Assembly (NCBI GenBank): GCA_002269645.1 | Contig: NIVC01003207.1 | Span: 62,001-126,000 of the forward strand | Length of the DNA: 64,000 nucleotides | Origin: Macrostomum lignano | Lineage: Eukaryota | Direction of reading: 5' to 3' | Shown here: piece after piece, positions 49,726 to 62,369 of the stretch | Layout of the letters: each line of letters opens with the position of its first letter | Numbering within the stretch: position 1 is the first letter of the stretch | Translations under genes and position numbers: made by a program | The notes under the pieces: generated by a model | What the model was told of the DNA's origin: nothing | The model's database searches: none | What the model saw: only the letters and a program-made list of their open reading frames with translations

Positions 49726-50996
49726 CTAAGGCAGCGCAGAGGCGGTAAAGCCGAGAACCTCAACTTCGCACAGGCTGACGTAAGTGTTCAGCCGATTGAT
49801 GAGGCGAACCCGACTGCCGTAGCCGAGGCAGCTGACCGTCTTGATGGAGAAGCTCTGAGCTACGTCCACCCTGGCGCACTCGATATCGTCAACCAGCAGG
49901 GTGAAGCTGTTGAGCCTCTCAGCGCAGCAGTCCTGCCTGTTGAAGATGCGGACTGCCGTGATGCGGGACTGCTGAGCGAGGTCGGCCTGCCACCACTGGA
50001 AGTCGCCTCCGTCGGTGTGGGTGCAGGAGCCTCCGTAAAAGTTTTGATTCTTGTTACCGTCGATCGCTAGACCGCAGAAATATTGTCCAAGAGTGGAGAT
50101 CTGGCTGCAGTTTCGAATGGTCAGAACGGATTCCGTTGGCGCTGCAAGAGTCAATAAACTCTCAAATTTAGAAATAATTTGTAGAACTGCATTAATGAGT
50201 GCCCTGATTGGCAGTAAAATATGGAATATTTTTCAGTCAATAATCCTGTCACACAGCCTTTCAGCCTGTTTAGAGGCAATGATGTGCAACTTGCAAGCGA
50301 TGGAAATAAAGAAGCCTGGTTATTCTTCCCGCAGCAGTTAATCTGCAAATCCAGTAGTCCCCACGCCTAGTGATGTGTTACACTTTTATAAGTATGGTAT
50401 GATAAGTATTCGTAAGTGTGGGTGCAGGAGCCTTCGTGAAAGTTCTGATCCGTGTTACCATCGATTGCTTGACCGCAGACTGCGCTCTGGTAAGTAGAGA
50501 TCTGACTGCAGTTTCGGACAGTCAAAAAGGCTTCTGTTGGCTCTAAAGCTACCAAAGCGAAGGGCAGACATTGAAATAACAGTTTTGAATCTCAGCACTT
50601 ATAACCAAAAATTCCTCCTTAACATTATTTATGTCATTGAATTCATTCAGTGTGGAACTCACAGTCGAAAGACTTCGTGAAGACGTCGACCGGCTTGTCG
50701 CTCGGCTGCCACAGCGACTTGCTGAAGAACGCAGCGATGCTGAACAGCTGGCACGACAGACTCGCCTCTTGCCAGTAGAAGCCGAAGCAGACACCGGACT
50801 GGGCTCTGCACTGCAGAGAGCACTGCAGCTCGCTGCCAACTTCCTGCACGGACTTGAAGGACTGCGGCACCGTCAGGCTGTGGGGCTGGGCTAAAGAGAA
50901 CAGCGTCTGGTTGGCGCAGCTGCCGGGGTCATTGCCTGCGACTTTCGAGGAGGTTGTCGCCAGCAGAGCGAATGCCAGTTGAAGGAGACGTTGCAT
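49726..50996 (-). CDS. Secreted PAN/Apple + F-type lectin, copy 3 (exons 50996-50663 and 50141-49726; 249 aa)
   Basis: Signal peptide, PAN exon and phase-1 intron. Lectin exon open with H-x26-RQDCCAER. A truncated extra lectin exon lies at 50548-50367 inside the intron. Confidence 0.9.
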
Positions 50997-51599
50997 TTTT
51001 TGGTTTTGGTTGGGTATTAACGGCCTGAAGCTCTAGCTTAACCTCACAGATGAAAACAAGACATGGGCTTAGCCTGCTGCTTTAGCAGTTTATAATAAAT
51101 TTGAGTGGATACGATGCTAAATATCCCTTCCCCACAGATAATGCAACATTTTGCAATGCACATCTGCGCTTAATTTACGGGATTTAAGGCTATTGGGATA
51201 ATTCTCGTTGCTGTGTAGTTGATGGTGGGGGGGCAGTGAGAGATGAGGGTATTGCTTTGGGCTGCGCCGCATAGCTACGTAATGATGGGCAGCAGAGGCT
51301 GTAAAAGTTGCGATCCTTTTCCCCTAAGGCAGCTCACAATCTCTCAACGGAGCAGCTCTCAGGACAATTGCAAAGGCTTGCTTCCAAATAGACAGGCCAG
51401 AATTAGTGTTAGAAAATTTAATCATCATATTGCATTGTATAAATAGTCCACTGTCACGCATTTTTATGGCATTGGATGCGTTTAAGTCGACTTGGATATT
51501 TGCTGTAGGCTTTGGGTTGCTGACCATTCTTCCAATCCTTTCGACTGAGGAAGCTGTCAGGAGCGGCCAGGGGGAAGGCATGAGCGGGGCCGCAGTCCC

Positions 51600-52500
51600 C
51601 ACCCCCATTTGATTGTCAGATGTCGTGTCGGCAGAAGCTCCCGCCTCCGCCGCGGCAGCTTTACGCGTCTCGCCCGGCCTCCTCACTGCCACTTTGAGGG
51701 TCGGCTTCGTAGGAGCGGATGCGCAGCTTCCAAAGGCCGGCGTTGATGAAGCTGTCGTGTGGATAACGCCGCATCCAGGCGTCCGACAGGCATCGAATGG
51801 ATGTGAAGCCTGTGACGTCGGTGCGCTTTAGGATGGCATACACCATTAGGCCCGCGGCAGGGACCTCTCGGTTGACTGCAAGCAGCCCTTCGGGAGCTCG
51901 TCAGCAGAGGTAACGACGCTTCTGGCTGGAACCCTGATTCTGTGCCTTTCGGTCCGGGGGCGTTTGTTCTCTCTTCAGAAGGCTAGGTTGAGGTCCCAGC
52001 TCTGCTGTGAAGCCAGCAGCTGAAGGAGCCGCCGTCCCGAGTCAGCATCACCGGGCCACATCCCTAGTCGCATTCGAGTGAATGTTCATAGGCGTGCCCT
52101 TTAGATTAAGCTTCCACAATGGGCCATCAACAGTGCGACTCAACTGCTTCAGCTGATCGGGGGACAGGCGCACATCCTTCCCCAGGATGGCAACCGTCGG
52201 TTGCCTCTCGGCCGCAACAGAATAGGAGGCCCAGGGTTCGGTGGAGCCTTGATCAGGTGGGCTGTCCATCCTCCCGGCTGCATCAGCCTCCCTATCCTGG
52301 GCAGGAGACTTCAGTGGTCTCAGGGCCCTTCTTCCGTCGCTGCCCCTACCGCCGAAATTGGAAATCTTCCCCTGTCACGAGGCGTTAGCCCCTGGCGCTG
52401 TTTAAGCTTCCACCCTCCTTGGCCCGCCTCCTTGTTAAGCCGGCGGCGGGCAGCTCCAGAGGTGATGCTTAGTTGCTTGGTAGTGTTGCATAGGGAAAGA
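51600..52500 (-). mobile_element. Possible decayed LINE ORF1-like remnant
   Basis: Short broken ORFs (TVAILGKDVRLSPDQLKQL; LWKLRIRSYE) in GC-rich sequence with the feel of R1/LOA-type ORF1. Not firmly assignable. Confidence 0.25.
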
Positions 52501-52579
52501 GACAATGAAGTTATCGCGGATCAAGCCGCATCTTATTTTTTCTGCTTATTTGTTTCTTTAGGCTCACTTTTCGTATATA

Positions 52580-53320
52580 TAAACTAAAGCGTTGGTAGGG
52601 CGAGAGCCATAAACAGAGAAGTTAGCGCAAAAGTACAAGTACGCAGCAGGTAGCTGGAGTGGCAGGTGTCTTCTCGGAGGCACCGATCAGAGTTCTTCTC
52701 GGCGTCCCCGATGGTAGCAGATGGTATGGCCACGTAGTCCAGGGCCCCGGCCGATGCCCGGAGGCAGTGTGTCATCCACAGCCGGCAGGTTACTTCAACT
52801 AGAAGCCATTAGCAGGAAGTAAAAGGTGGGACTTCCTGCAGAACACAGGCAAAGAGCCGCTAGGCCGCAACCCCAAACCAAGTGGCAGGTCCGCAAAATA
52901 GAAGAATACCACCCTGTGAGGGGACCCAAAAGCCCAGGGGGGACCGTTTGCGACCAGACTACTCCCTGGCCAAGCGTCCATTAGCACGGAGTTACACTGG
53001 GACCTTGGAGGGTGCGTTTTTTTATGGTCAAACCAGGACCTCGGCACGAACGAATCAGCTTGGCAAGGCCCCATGAGGCCTGTCTTAACACCCACAGGAC
53101 GAGTACCTTCAGAGTGCAAGGTGAAAGGCAGGAGACGAAGACTCTTGAGCTATCAGCCCGCCAGAGGAGGCAGGTGTGAGCATCGCTAGCTGCAAAAGAG
53201 GCCATACCAGACTCATACTGCACAGATAGTTTACCACGAAATTTTGTGCAGGACCCGGGGTCATAGGGGCAACATCCTTGGCAACTAATACGTGAGCATG
53301 GTAGCTATCCATTGAGTGAA
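52580..53320 (-). mobile_element. Decayed 3' end of an RNase-H-bearing LINE
   Basis: Frameshifted TLQ(W)VPS and LARE motifs, then LRASAGALDYVAI...DRCLREDTCHSSYLLRTC resembling the C-terminal CCHC finger. Confidence 0.4.
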
Positions 53321-54529
53321 ACTAAATATCGGAAATATAATAATTATCTTTTTCACTTTGCAAATCTGAAATGTTTTCGTCTCGCAACCTCACGCTAAGT
53401 AAATTTTGTAAGATGAAGACCCACGCTTTCATTATTAGTACATGTATCTCTATCCGTTATGATGTAACCCGGTCGTGGGACTAGTCCAGGATCTAGGATG
53501 GAATACCAGGGTAGAAGAAAAGCTACTTCCCTCAGTTGGTTTTGGGTAGCTTGAGTTGTGATTGAGAGGCCGAGGTTCCTCGGATTAAACTAGCCGCTCC
53601 GGAGTGTTTTATATTATAGTACTCGTAGGTACTCGCCAGAGGCGTGGACGCCACCAGCTACACCTGGAAACTTTCATTAATGAAAGCAGACTCCCAGCCT
53701 GCTACGGCAACGAATTGGGAGCCGAAAAAAAGCGAATAAAAGCGAATAAAAGCGAATAAAAAACCGAAAAAAGCGAAGATTCCGAAAAAGCGGAGTTTGA
53801 GGTGGAAGGGAGGAAGTACGTTGGGCAAGGGATGAGTCATCCGATGAGTCATCGGGGAAAGGGCCCGGATATCTAGGGGTTGAGATTGTGTTCGGCGCAC
53901 CTGAGGAATGCATTTAATACATTAGAATTTTAAGTGTAGATTGGCTGGCCAATCGCTGTTAGCGGGGCCGGGGGTGCTTGCCACCGCCCTTGTGTTCGCC
54001 GCCACTTGGGCGGGTTGGGTGTCAGAAGAGCCTTTTTAGCCTCACCTTGTTTCGCTTCATTTGCGCGCGCGTTTTTTTCTGGCTTAGCCCCCCACCTTTA
54101 CTCGTAATCACAATTTCTAGTTTCCTTTTGCTTTCGATTATATTTTACATTATCAAACGTTTACATTTGCAAATATACTCGCGTTTCGTATGTTGTCCAT
54201 ACAGGGCGGTAGGATGTTTTTTCGTGCTCTGCAATTGTTGTCTCCTCTGCTCTATCCCTCCGGCCGTTCCGCTAATGGGGGCCTGACCGCTGTAACATCA
54301 GTTATTAATACCGGGATTTCAGGGTTCTTGACAGTTGGTGAAAAACACTTTGTTGTTACTAATTGCTCATATCATTATTACTGTTGCTGACAGCAATAAC
54401 AGGTGCGATGCATTGTCATCCGGAATCGATGAACTTAAGATTACAAATTTCAATGCTTGATATCATATCCTAGTAAAGCCTATTTTTAGGCTCCATTTTT
54501 TTGAGAAGACCAGTCGCTTTTGATCTCAT

Positions 54530-55100
54530 ATTTTAGACTCGGGGCAAAGCTTTCCGGTCCAGATACTAGCTAGAGAAGTCCATGTCCAAAACACTCCATC
54601 ATTTCTGGCTTTCAAACCGCATTACAGCCATAGACAAAAAACAGCAAACGTTTTGCTAGTCAATGGAGGTAATACATAAACATATAGCATCAAGCATCGT
54701 GATTTGACATACGACAAAATGTTGAAAAATTTTGAAAATCTTTAAAGCATTTTCAGACTCGTGCAAATGAAGTGTATGAGCTTTCTCACACTGTCCAACT
54801 ATGAAATGTCAGTGAATCTGTTATTGGGGCCTAACTTACTATAAATTAAAAGGGCAAATATCAAAGCTATAGTTGGCGAGCATCGGCCGACGGACAGCTA
54901 TACCTACATCCAAGTTTTGCTGCGTTTCTGCAAACGCCACTGTGCTATGGTTGATGGAGTATTCAATGAGGCAACCTTCCGAACTGTTCGATGGTGTACT
55001 CAAAGAACTATACGGTTTAAGGTCATTTACAACTGCCAGGCTTACGTCATCCGACATGTCACGTTGACAATTGGTGCTGACAGCAATCGGCACCCTCTAG
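54530..55100 (+). repeat. Dispersed repeat, copy 2 (inverted relative to 4350-4890)
   Basis: See 4350-4890. Carries the broken ORF piece VIYNCQAYVIRHV (VIQNFQAHLIRYV in copy 1). Confidence 0.7.
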
Positions 55101-55559
55101 CTCAATGCTACTATATCTTTCGCAATAGGTAATGGTGCACAGTAGCTCCCTTTGCTGTCCCTCAATGACCGTAACCTCGTCCATGCTGTGACCACTGTCT
55201 AAAAGGTCACGCATGTGCAATGGTGTGTGTATGGCTTCGAAAGCAAAAACGCTTCATTGAGATCAACAATGAACAAGCACAACCTATTGACGCTGTAACA
55301 GGTAAGATTTTGCGTCCTGCCTGCACCCTCTGCTCACGTCGGATAGCTAAGAATTGAACTCAAAGCATGGTATTTTTGGGCCCAGGCTGCTGCGGTTCTA
55401 CAGCCCAGCCGAGGCAATGGCCATGCCTTTGGGCCTGCAGAAGCGGGCGAGAGAAAAAGTGAAGTGAGCGCCTCCACTGTCTCTCCTTTTATTTTAAACA
55501 CGAAGATACGCGTTTGAACGAAAATGCTTATAAGCTACACACATTCACCTCAACTTAGA

Positions 55560-56610
55560 CGATGGACTGCAAACCCCCCTCTCTCATCCTCAGGAAGGGC
55601 TTCAAATGTACCCTTCCGCCGCGAGGGTGCCACCCATTGGACGTGGGCATCAACCGGAGAAGCCAGGGCATTCACTGCTTCACTGACGGATCCCTGTGTG
55701 ACGGCCTAGCGGGCGCGGGCATTGCCATTTTCCACAAGGGTGAGACGATCTTTCAAGAGAGTCTTCATCTTGGTGAAAATGTCTCGGTTTTACAATCCGA
55801 AGTTATGGCTATCAACCAGTGCGCTGAGCATTTGCACAAAGCTGGCATCAGCAGCTTTGACATAAATTTTTACTCTGACAGCCAGGCTGCTATTAAAGCC
55901 TTGTCTTCCATCAAGCTCTCAACCAAGTCAGTTTCAGACAGCTTCAAAAGCTTGCAGACCCTGGCGATTCTCAACAGGATCAATGTTATCTGGATACCAG
56001 GCCACAGCAATATCCTCGGAATTGAGCCTGTGGATCAACTCACCTAACGGGGTAGCACCCCGGGTGGAGCGCAACGCTCGGTCAAGTTACCTTCTCCGAA
56101 GTCATCAGTCAACCGCGCCATTCAAGAGTGGCTGAACCACTAGCACCAGATCCACTGGAAGTATCCGAATATCTAATCTCCTTAAGCAAAACTGACCTCA
56201 GGGAGATGTGCATGGTCATTACTGGCCATGGCTTCTCCCAGAGACATATTTTACTGCAAAGTGGTTGCTCCCCTATCTGCCCATTCCGTGATTTAGAGGA
56301 GGAAACCTCGACGCACCACGTCACTTTCTGCCTGCACTTCAACGAGGCGCGGAGACGTCACCTCGGTCACCCGCTAAGGCTGGACGAGCTCACCACTCCG
56401 GACCGGATCCGTGACCTGCGCGCATTCGTTCGGGATTCTGGACGGATGAAGATCGCAGACGCCACTCTCGCGAGCTCTTCTGCTGCCGACGAGGGGTGGG
56501 CGCAGCCCCAAGGCTAACGCCTTCCTGTTTTTAGCTTGGCCGGGTTGTGATAGGGGCCTCGCGGCCTAATCGCGGCGTTCGGCCCCCTTCGTCGGTAGTA
56601 ATTAAGCAAT
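55560..56610 (+). mobile_element. 5'-truncated LINE (I/R1/LOA group): RNase HI domain and C-terminal zinc finger, pseudogenised
   Basis: [37 protein letters not shown] and [12 protein letters not shown], then ITGHGF...[18 protein letters not shown]. Stops and frameshift present. Confidence 0.82.
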
Positions 56611-57062
56611 CTACATGGAACAAATATGGTTTTAGGCAGCCGCCCTTCACAAATATGACGGCATTATATGCAGTTCATAGACGCCACGTAGCTTGTACTT
56701 GACAACAAGAAAAATTTTGTAACTCCCTTAAATGCATTAGCAAGAAGGCGCGAAAAAAAATTAACAACAAAGTTAATTGCAGTTTAAAATGTGAATTGGT
56801 GTTTTTACTTATAATATAAAGTCTTCACCATTCTGTGGTCTTCACCATTGACTTCACGCTCACCGTTAAGCACAACAAAGCTTATAGCCAACGAATATAC
56901 TGGCTCGTAGTTAATTTTAGAAAAACAAAATTAAAGATTCTTGGAAAAGTTTTAGTTATATTCAGACTTTAAACACATGACACGTTACTTTCGGAATCTC
57001 ATTCTGAATCGCTTCAACTTGTGTGTATTTGTGACACCGAAGAAGCTCCTTAGGTCGGTCCT

Positions 57063-58334
57063 TTAAGGCAGCGCAGAGACGGTGAAGCCGAGAACCTCAA
57101 CTTCGCACAGGCTGAACACAAGACCATGCAAGCGACTGACGAGGCGAACCCGACTGCCGTAGCCGACGCAGCTGACCGTCTTGATGGAGAAGCTCGGATC
57201 TGCGTCCACGCTGGCGCACTCGACATCGTCAACCAGCAGGGTGAAGTTGTTGAGCCTCTCAGCGCAGCAGTCCAGCCTATTAAAGATGCGGACTGCCGTG
57301 ATGCGGGACTGCTGAGCGAGGTCGGCCTGCCACCAATGGAAGTCGCCTTCGTTGGTGTGGGTGCAGGAGTCATGAGAAAAATGCTGATTTTTGTTACCGT
57401 CGATCGCTAGACCGCAGAAATATTGTCCAAGAGTGGAGATCTGGCTGCAGTTTCGAATGGTCAGAACGGATTCCGTTGGCGCTGCAAGAGTCAATAAACT
57501 CTCAAATTTAGGCATAATTTGTAGAACTGCATTAATGAGTGCCCTGATTGGCAGTAAAATATGGAATATTTTTCAGTCAATAATCCTGTCACACAGCCTT
57601 TCAGCCTGTTTAGAGGCAATGATGTGCAACTTGCAAGCGGATGGAAATAAAGAAGTCTGGTTATTCTTCCCACAGTTAATCTGCAAATCCAGTGGTCCTC
57701 ACGCCTAGTGATGTGTTACACTTTTATAAGTATGGTATGATAAGTATTCGTAAGTGTGGGTGCAGGAGCCTTCGTGAAAGTTCTGATCCGTGTTACCATC
57801 GATTGCTTGACCGCAGACTGCGCTCTGGTAAGTAGAGATCTGACTGCAGTTTCGGACAGTCAAAAAGGCTTCTGTTAGCTTTAAAGCTACCAAAGCGAAG
57901 GGCAGACATTGAAATAACAGTTTTGAATCTCAGCATTTATAACCTAAAATTCCTCCTTAACATTATTTATGTCATTGAATTCATTCAGTGTGAAACTCAC
58001 AGTCGAAAGACTTCGTGAAGACGTCGACCGGCTTGTCGCTCGGCTGCCACAGCGAATTGCTGAAGAACGCAGCGATGCTGAACAGCTGGCACGACAGACT
58101 CGCCTCTTGCCAGTAGAAGCCGAAGCAGACACCGGACTGGGCCCTGCACTGCAGAGAGCACTGCAGCTCGCTGCCAACTGCCTGCACGGACTTGAAGGAC
58201 TGCGGCACCGTCAGGCTGTGGGGCTGGGCTAAAGAGAACAGCTTCTGGTTGGCGCAGCTGCCAGGGTCATTGCCTGAGACTGTCGAGCAGGTTGTCGCCA
58301 ACAGAGCGAGTGCCAGTTGAAGCAGATGTTGCAT
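57063..58334 (-). CDS. Secreted PAN/Apple + F-type lectin, copy 4 (exons 58334-58001 and 57481-57063; 250 aa)
   Basis: Same structure as copy 3, with motif H-x26-RLDCCAER. A truncated extra lectin exon lies at 57886-57705. Confidence 0.9.
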
Positions 58335-59378
58335 TTTTTTGTTTTGGTTGGGTATTAACGGCCTGAAGCTCTAGCTTAACCTCACAGATGAAAACAAGGC
58401 ATGGGTTTAGTCTGCTGCTTTAGCAGTTTATAATAAATTTGAGTGGATACGATGCAAAATATCCCTTCCCCCCAGATAATGCAATATTTTGCAATGCACA
58501 TCTGCGCTTAATTTACGGGATTTAAGGCTATTGGGATAATTCTGGTTGCTATGCAGTTGATGGGGATGGGGATACTGCTGTCAGGTGCAGCGCATGGAGA
58601 TGCATCATAATGAGCAGCAGATGCATTGCAAGTTGCGATCCCATTCCCCATAGGCAGCTCCAAGTCTCTCAACGGAGCAGTTGTGAGGACAATAGAAAAA
58701 GTTTTAGCTGCTTAAACACCTAGGCCAGGATTAGGGTTTTAAAATCGATTCTATTACCTTATATTATAGTCCGCTGTCACGCATTTTAATTGAAAGCGTT
58801 GAAGCCGTTGAAGGAGGCACTGGAGTTGCCTATTCCTCTGACCCTGCCAACTGCAGAATTAAAAGCAGCTGAGAGACTGAGTGAGATTTGTTTACGAGCA
58901 GCAGTGAAGCCGGAGTAGGTGTGCGGGCAGAAATTGATTCATAATCTTGAGGTTAAAGTTAAAATTTTATTTTGGCAACAAATTTAGGCTCGTATTTAGT
59001 CTGGTCTCCGCCTTTTCGCCCTTGCGTTCTCGTTTGCTCAGATTTTTTTTCGCTTTTTCATTCGACTGTTAAATCTTTCGAAAGAAATAAATTCGTCCGC
59101 AAGCTTTGTTTCGCGCAGAGGTTCCGTTTCGTGCCACCTCTAGTCTTGCCTCGATCCTTTCCTCGCGGTTTAAGGGCGAATTGCCGTTTTGAATGGCATT
59201 TTCCCATTTTGATGGTCCATTCCACATTCTATGGTTGCGTATTCCCAAGCAGCTCGAGCCTGCGGTCTGGCTTGAATGTCTATGGCGTCCCGTTTTGATT
59301 ATCCAAATTCCCATTTAGATCATCAAAAGCAATACTAGCTTGCAAAATGCCATAATAAGAATTGCGGGAGGGCTAGGA

Positions 59379-59708
59379 CCATGGATGAATAATATAACTG
59401 GATCGCCAAAAGCTCAATTTTTTTGGTCCTAGCCATAGACAGGCACCAGCATCACAAGAAGCTCATGACGCCTTGAATTTATTGTCTTCACTTGACTCTC
59501 ATTTGTCAAGTTTGCTTGCAACTCATTTGGCTGTTTGTTTTCGCCTTTTATTGTTTGTTTGTTTGTCAAGGTTTGCAGCTTCTGCAACTGCTATTTGTCT
59601 ATGTGTGAAAGTACGGCGTCATGAGCTTCTTGTGATGCTGGTGCCTGTTTATGGCTAGGACCAAACAAATCTAGCTTTTGGCGATCCAGTTATGTTATTC
59701 ATTCATGG
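59379..59708. mobile_element. MITE with ~95-bp TIRs and a CTAGGA target duplication
   Basis: ccatggatgaataatataactggatcgccaaaagct...agaagctcatgacgcc is mirrored by ggcgtcatgagcttct...agcttttggcgatccagttatgttattcattcatgg. CTAGGA flanks both ends. Confidence 0.8.
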
Positions 59709-60080
59709 CTAGGACACACTGGCGCAGCGCTTTCGGCGACGATATCCCAAAATCAACGCTGGGGCAATTCTGGCCATTCATCTTCATTCAGCTGACTTCT
59801 GAGCACATGCAATCGCGCCAATGCGCACACATGCACACGCTTACAAAGGTTGTGCAGTGGCCTTAGCTTGATCTACTGACCAGGTATGTACACTCACTGT
59901 GTCTTAGGGGTTGGCCGTCAAGGGTGTGACTGGCATGACAACCCTTCGGTCAATTTTTTACATTGCTAGGCCAAAAATTAATGTGGCCGCAAATGGAATC
60001 GAGCCAGAAATCGTGGCGAGAGATTTAGGGTTAGGGTAACACTTTAGCCAGTCAGTCACATGGCTTGTGCCATAGACTAA

Positions 60081-60344
60081 CTGTACCGGATATTGATGCG
60101 TCTTTTGCTTTCAGTAGGTTAAATATTTTCTCCCCCTTTTTCCAAACATGTCTATGGAAAAGTAAGTCCGAGGATGATATTATCAAGGCCTCGGCTTCGC
60201 CGATAATGATATTATCAAGGCCTCGGCTTCGCCTCGGCCTGAGAAATGCATCCTCGGACTTAATTTTCTATAGACATGTTTGGAAAAAGGGGGAGAAAAT
60301 ATTTAACCTACTGAAAGCAAAAGACGCATCAATATCCGGTACAG
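60081..60344. repeat. Fold-back inverted repeat (96-bp arms, 72-bp loop)
   Basis: 60081-60176 is the near-perfect reverse complement of 60249-60344. The loop contains a tandem 26-mer gatattatcaaggcctcggcttcgcc. Confidence 0.88.
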
Positions 60345-61580
60345 CTTCGCCTCGGTCTGAGAAATGCATCCTCGGACTTACTTTTCCATAGCCACACTGG
60401 GAAAAGGAGGAGAATGTATACTTAAATCACAGAATATGCACCGAATGCCGATTCGAGTATTTTTGTTTAAAAAATCGGTACAAGAATTAAAATCCCACCA
60501 GCCTACTCTTGTTGTGAAGCTTTGATAAGTAGGGCTTGATTTTTGCCATAGACTATTTTATGAATGAAACTGAAAAAGGAAAAGGAAAGGAAAGGTTTTC
60601 ACTTAACTGAAAATTAAGTTCAGTCTGAGCTTTTCTGCGTAGCATGGCTGGAAAATCCAGACTCCAGTGCGCAGCCTATGCATGCCCAAACTATGCCTAC
60701 AAGTGCCCTCCGGAGTCCCGGACACCCGATTCCTCACGGCGAACGCTGTGCTAAGGCAATGACCAAGTTGTTTGCCAGACTTCGCCTGCATCACTGGTGC
60801 AACAGTCAGAGGACGCTCGCTCGGCAGAGTACAAGACATTGCCAACCCAAAAAGTGGAATCGGGGACGGTGCTAGGACCGAGTCCACCCAGGCTACCCCC
60901 CCCCCCCCCCCAGCAGACAAGTCCTCGAGAGTGCGCGAAAAACAGAATTGGATTTACTACTGAAAGCCGTCCAAGAGCGGGGAAACCCAGAAGTCTTGGA
61001 AGGGGCTTAACTGTTCGAGCGAGTCTGGAAGGCTTGTATCCGAGGGCGAGTCTCCTTGCAAGCCACAAGGGCATCACCTATCCAGCTCAATATTGGAGGC
61101 CAGGCCAAGGGGGGGAGGGGCACAAGGGGCAAGAGGAAACCGGACTCAGCCGGTTTTCCCCGATTCGGGACGAACATCCTTCCCAGGACTCCAATCCACT
61201 GTCAGAGATGAGAGCCAAGACACAATAAGCAAGGAGACAACCAGAGGAGCCAGCAGATGGACCAAGGACAGAGCAGGATGGACCGGGCAGGTAGGGCAGA
61301 GCTCATAACTCCGAGAATTGGAAGGCTTCTAATGGCCAGATAAAATAATAAAAGAATGGGGATAAAACCGCGCTGGGATGCCAGTCCAGAAAAAAAGAAT
61401 GGCAGAAAGGAGGAGCACCTGAACCCTACTAGCAGGTGGGGAACACCCTGCAACCCGGGGCTCAGCCTCAGGGCTGGCATCAACTGGGCTCTACCGTACA
61501 CTTTTGTGAATGGTCGTCGTTACTGCAGGGCGCGTGCGACCAGGGGGCTCAAGTCCCGTTCTGGCCACACTGCAGTCCAG

Positions 61581-62369
61581 GGGGGTCTTTCTCGAAAATT
61601 GCGTAAGTTCTATGGTAAGTTCGATCTTAAGTTAGAACTTTACGCTCTGCGTAAGATCAATACTAAGCCAGTTTCTCGAAACTCACTTAGACTTTGCGTG
61701 ACTTACGCGATTCATAAGTCTAGTTAAGTCGATTAAGTGTTGCCTATGGAAGAGAAGACAAAAAATCAAATCTAAAAAGCTAATTTAAATGATATGTATT
61801 TCTTGCTTTTTTTACTAACAGTAATAGGAAATGGGCACCAGTTTTATTTTATTTTATTTTAGGAAAGTACCCAAAGAAATACATGCATGTACAAGCAAAA
61901 GATTATAATGTTTTAGAACGCGAGCAGTTGTTAACCAGTTTTTTGGCTTGACAGTTAAAAGTCGTAACAGATCAAGTCAATTAAAGTAGACAATCAACCC
62001 GCACAACTCCACATTGACCCCTAAATCACAGAACACACCAGTTGTCGTGGACATCACTACCAATCACAACCTCAGACTTGATCTGATCTTTGCTCTCACT
62101 TGCAGTATTAAAGATATCATACCCTGAGATCTCTCCGATAAGTGCTTCTTACCGAGATACCGAGCAGTCGTAGGGTTAAGATCAACCTTACGAAAGACCA
62201 TAGACATACGAACGTTTCGAGAAACAGTCTTTTGGCAAAGTTACGAGCTCACAAAGTTGCGATCGATCGTACGTCGTTTCAAGTTGCGAGACTTTCGAGC
62301 AAGCCATAAGCACTTCCTCCCCAACTTACGTCTTTGGCCGATCGTAAGTTGCTTTCGAGAAAGACCCCC
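61581..62369. mobile_element. PIF/Harbinger-like MITE
   Basis: TIR GGGGGTCTTTCTCGAAA / TTTCGAGAAAGACCCCC with (C)CAG duplicated. The empty site gcagtccagatctcc survives in the other copy of the host repeat near 48973-48988. Confidence 0.82.
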
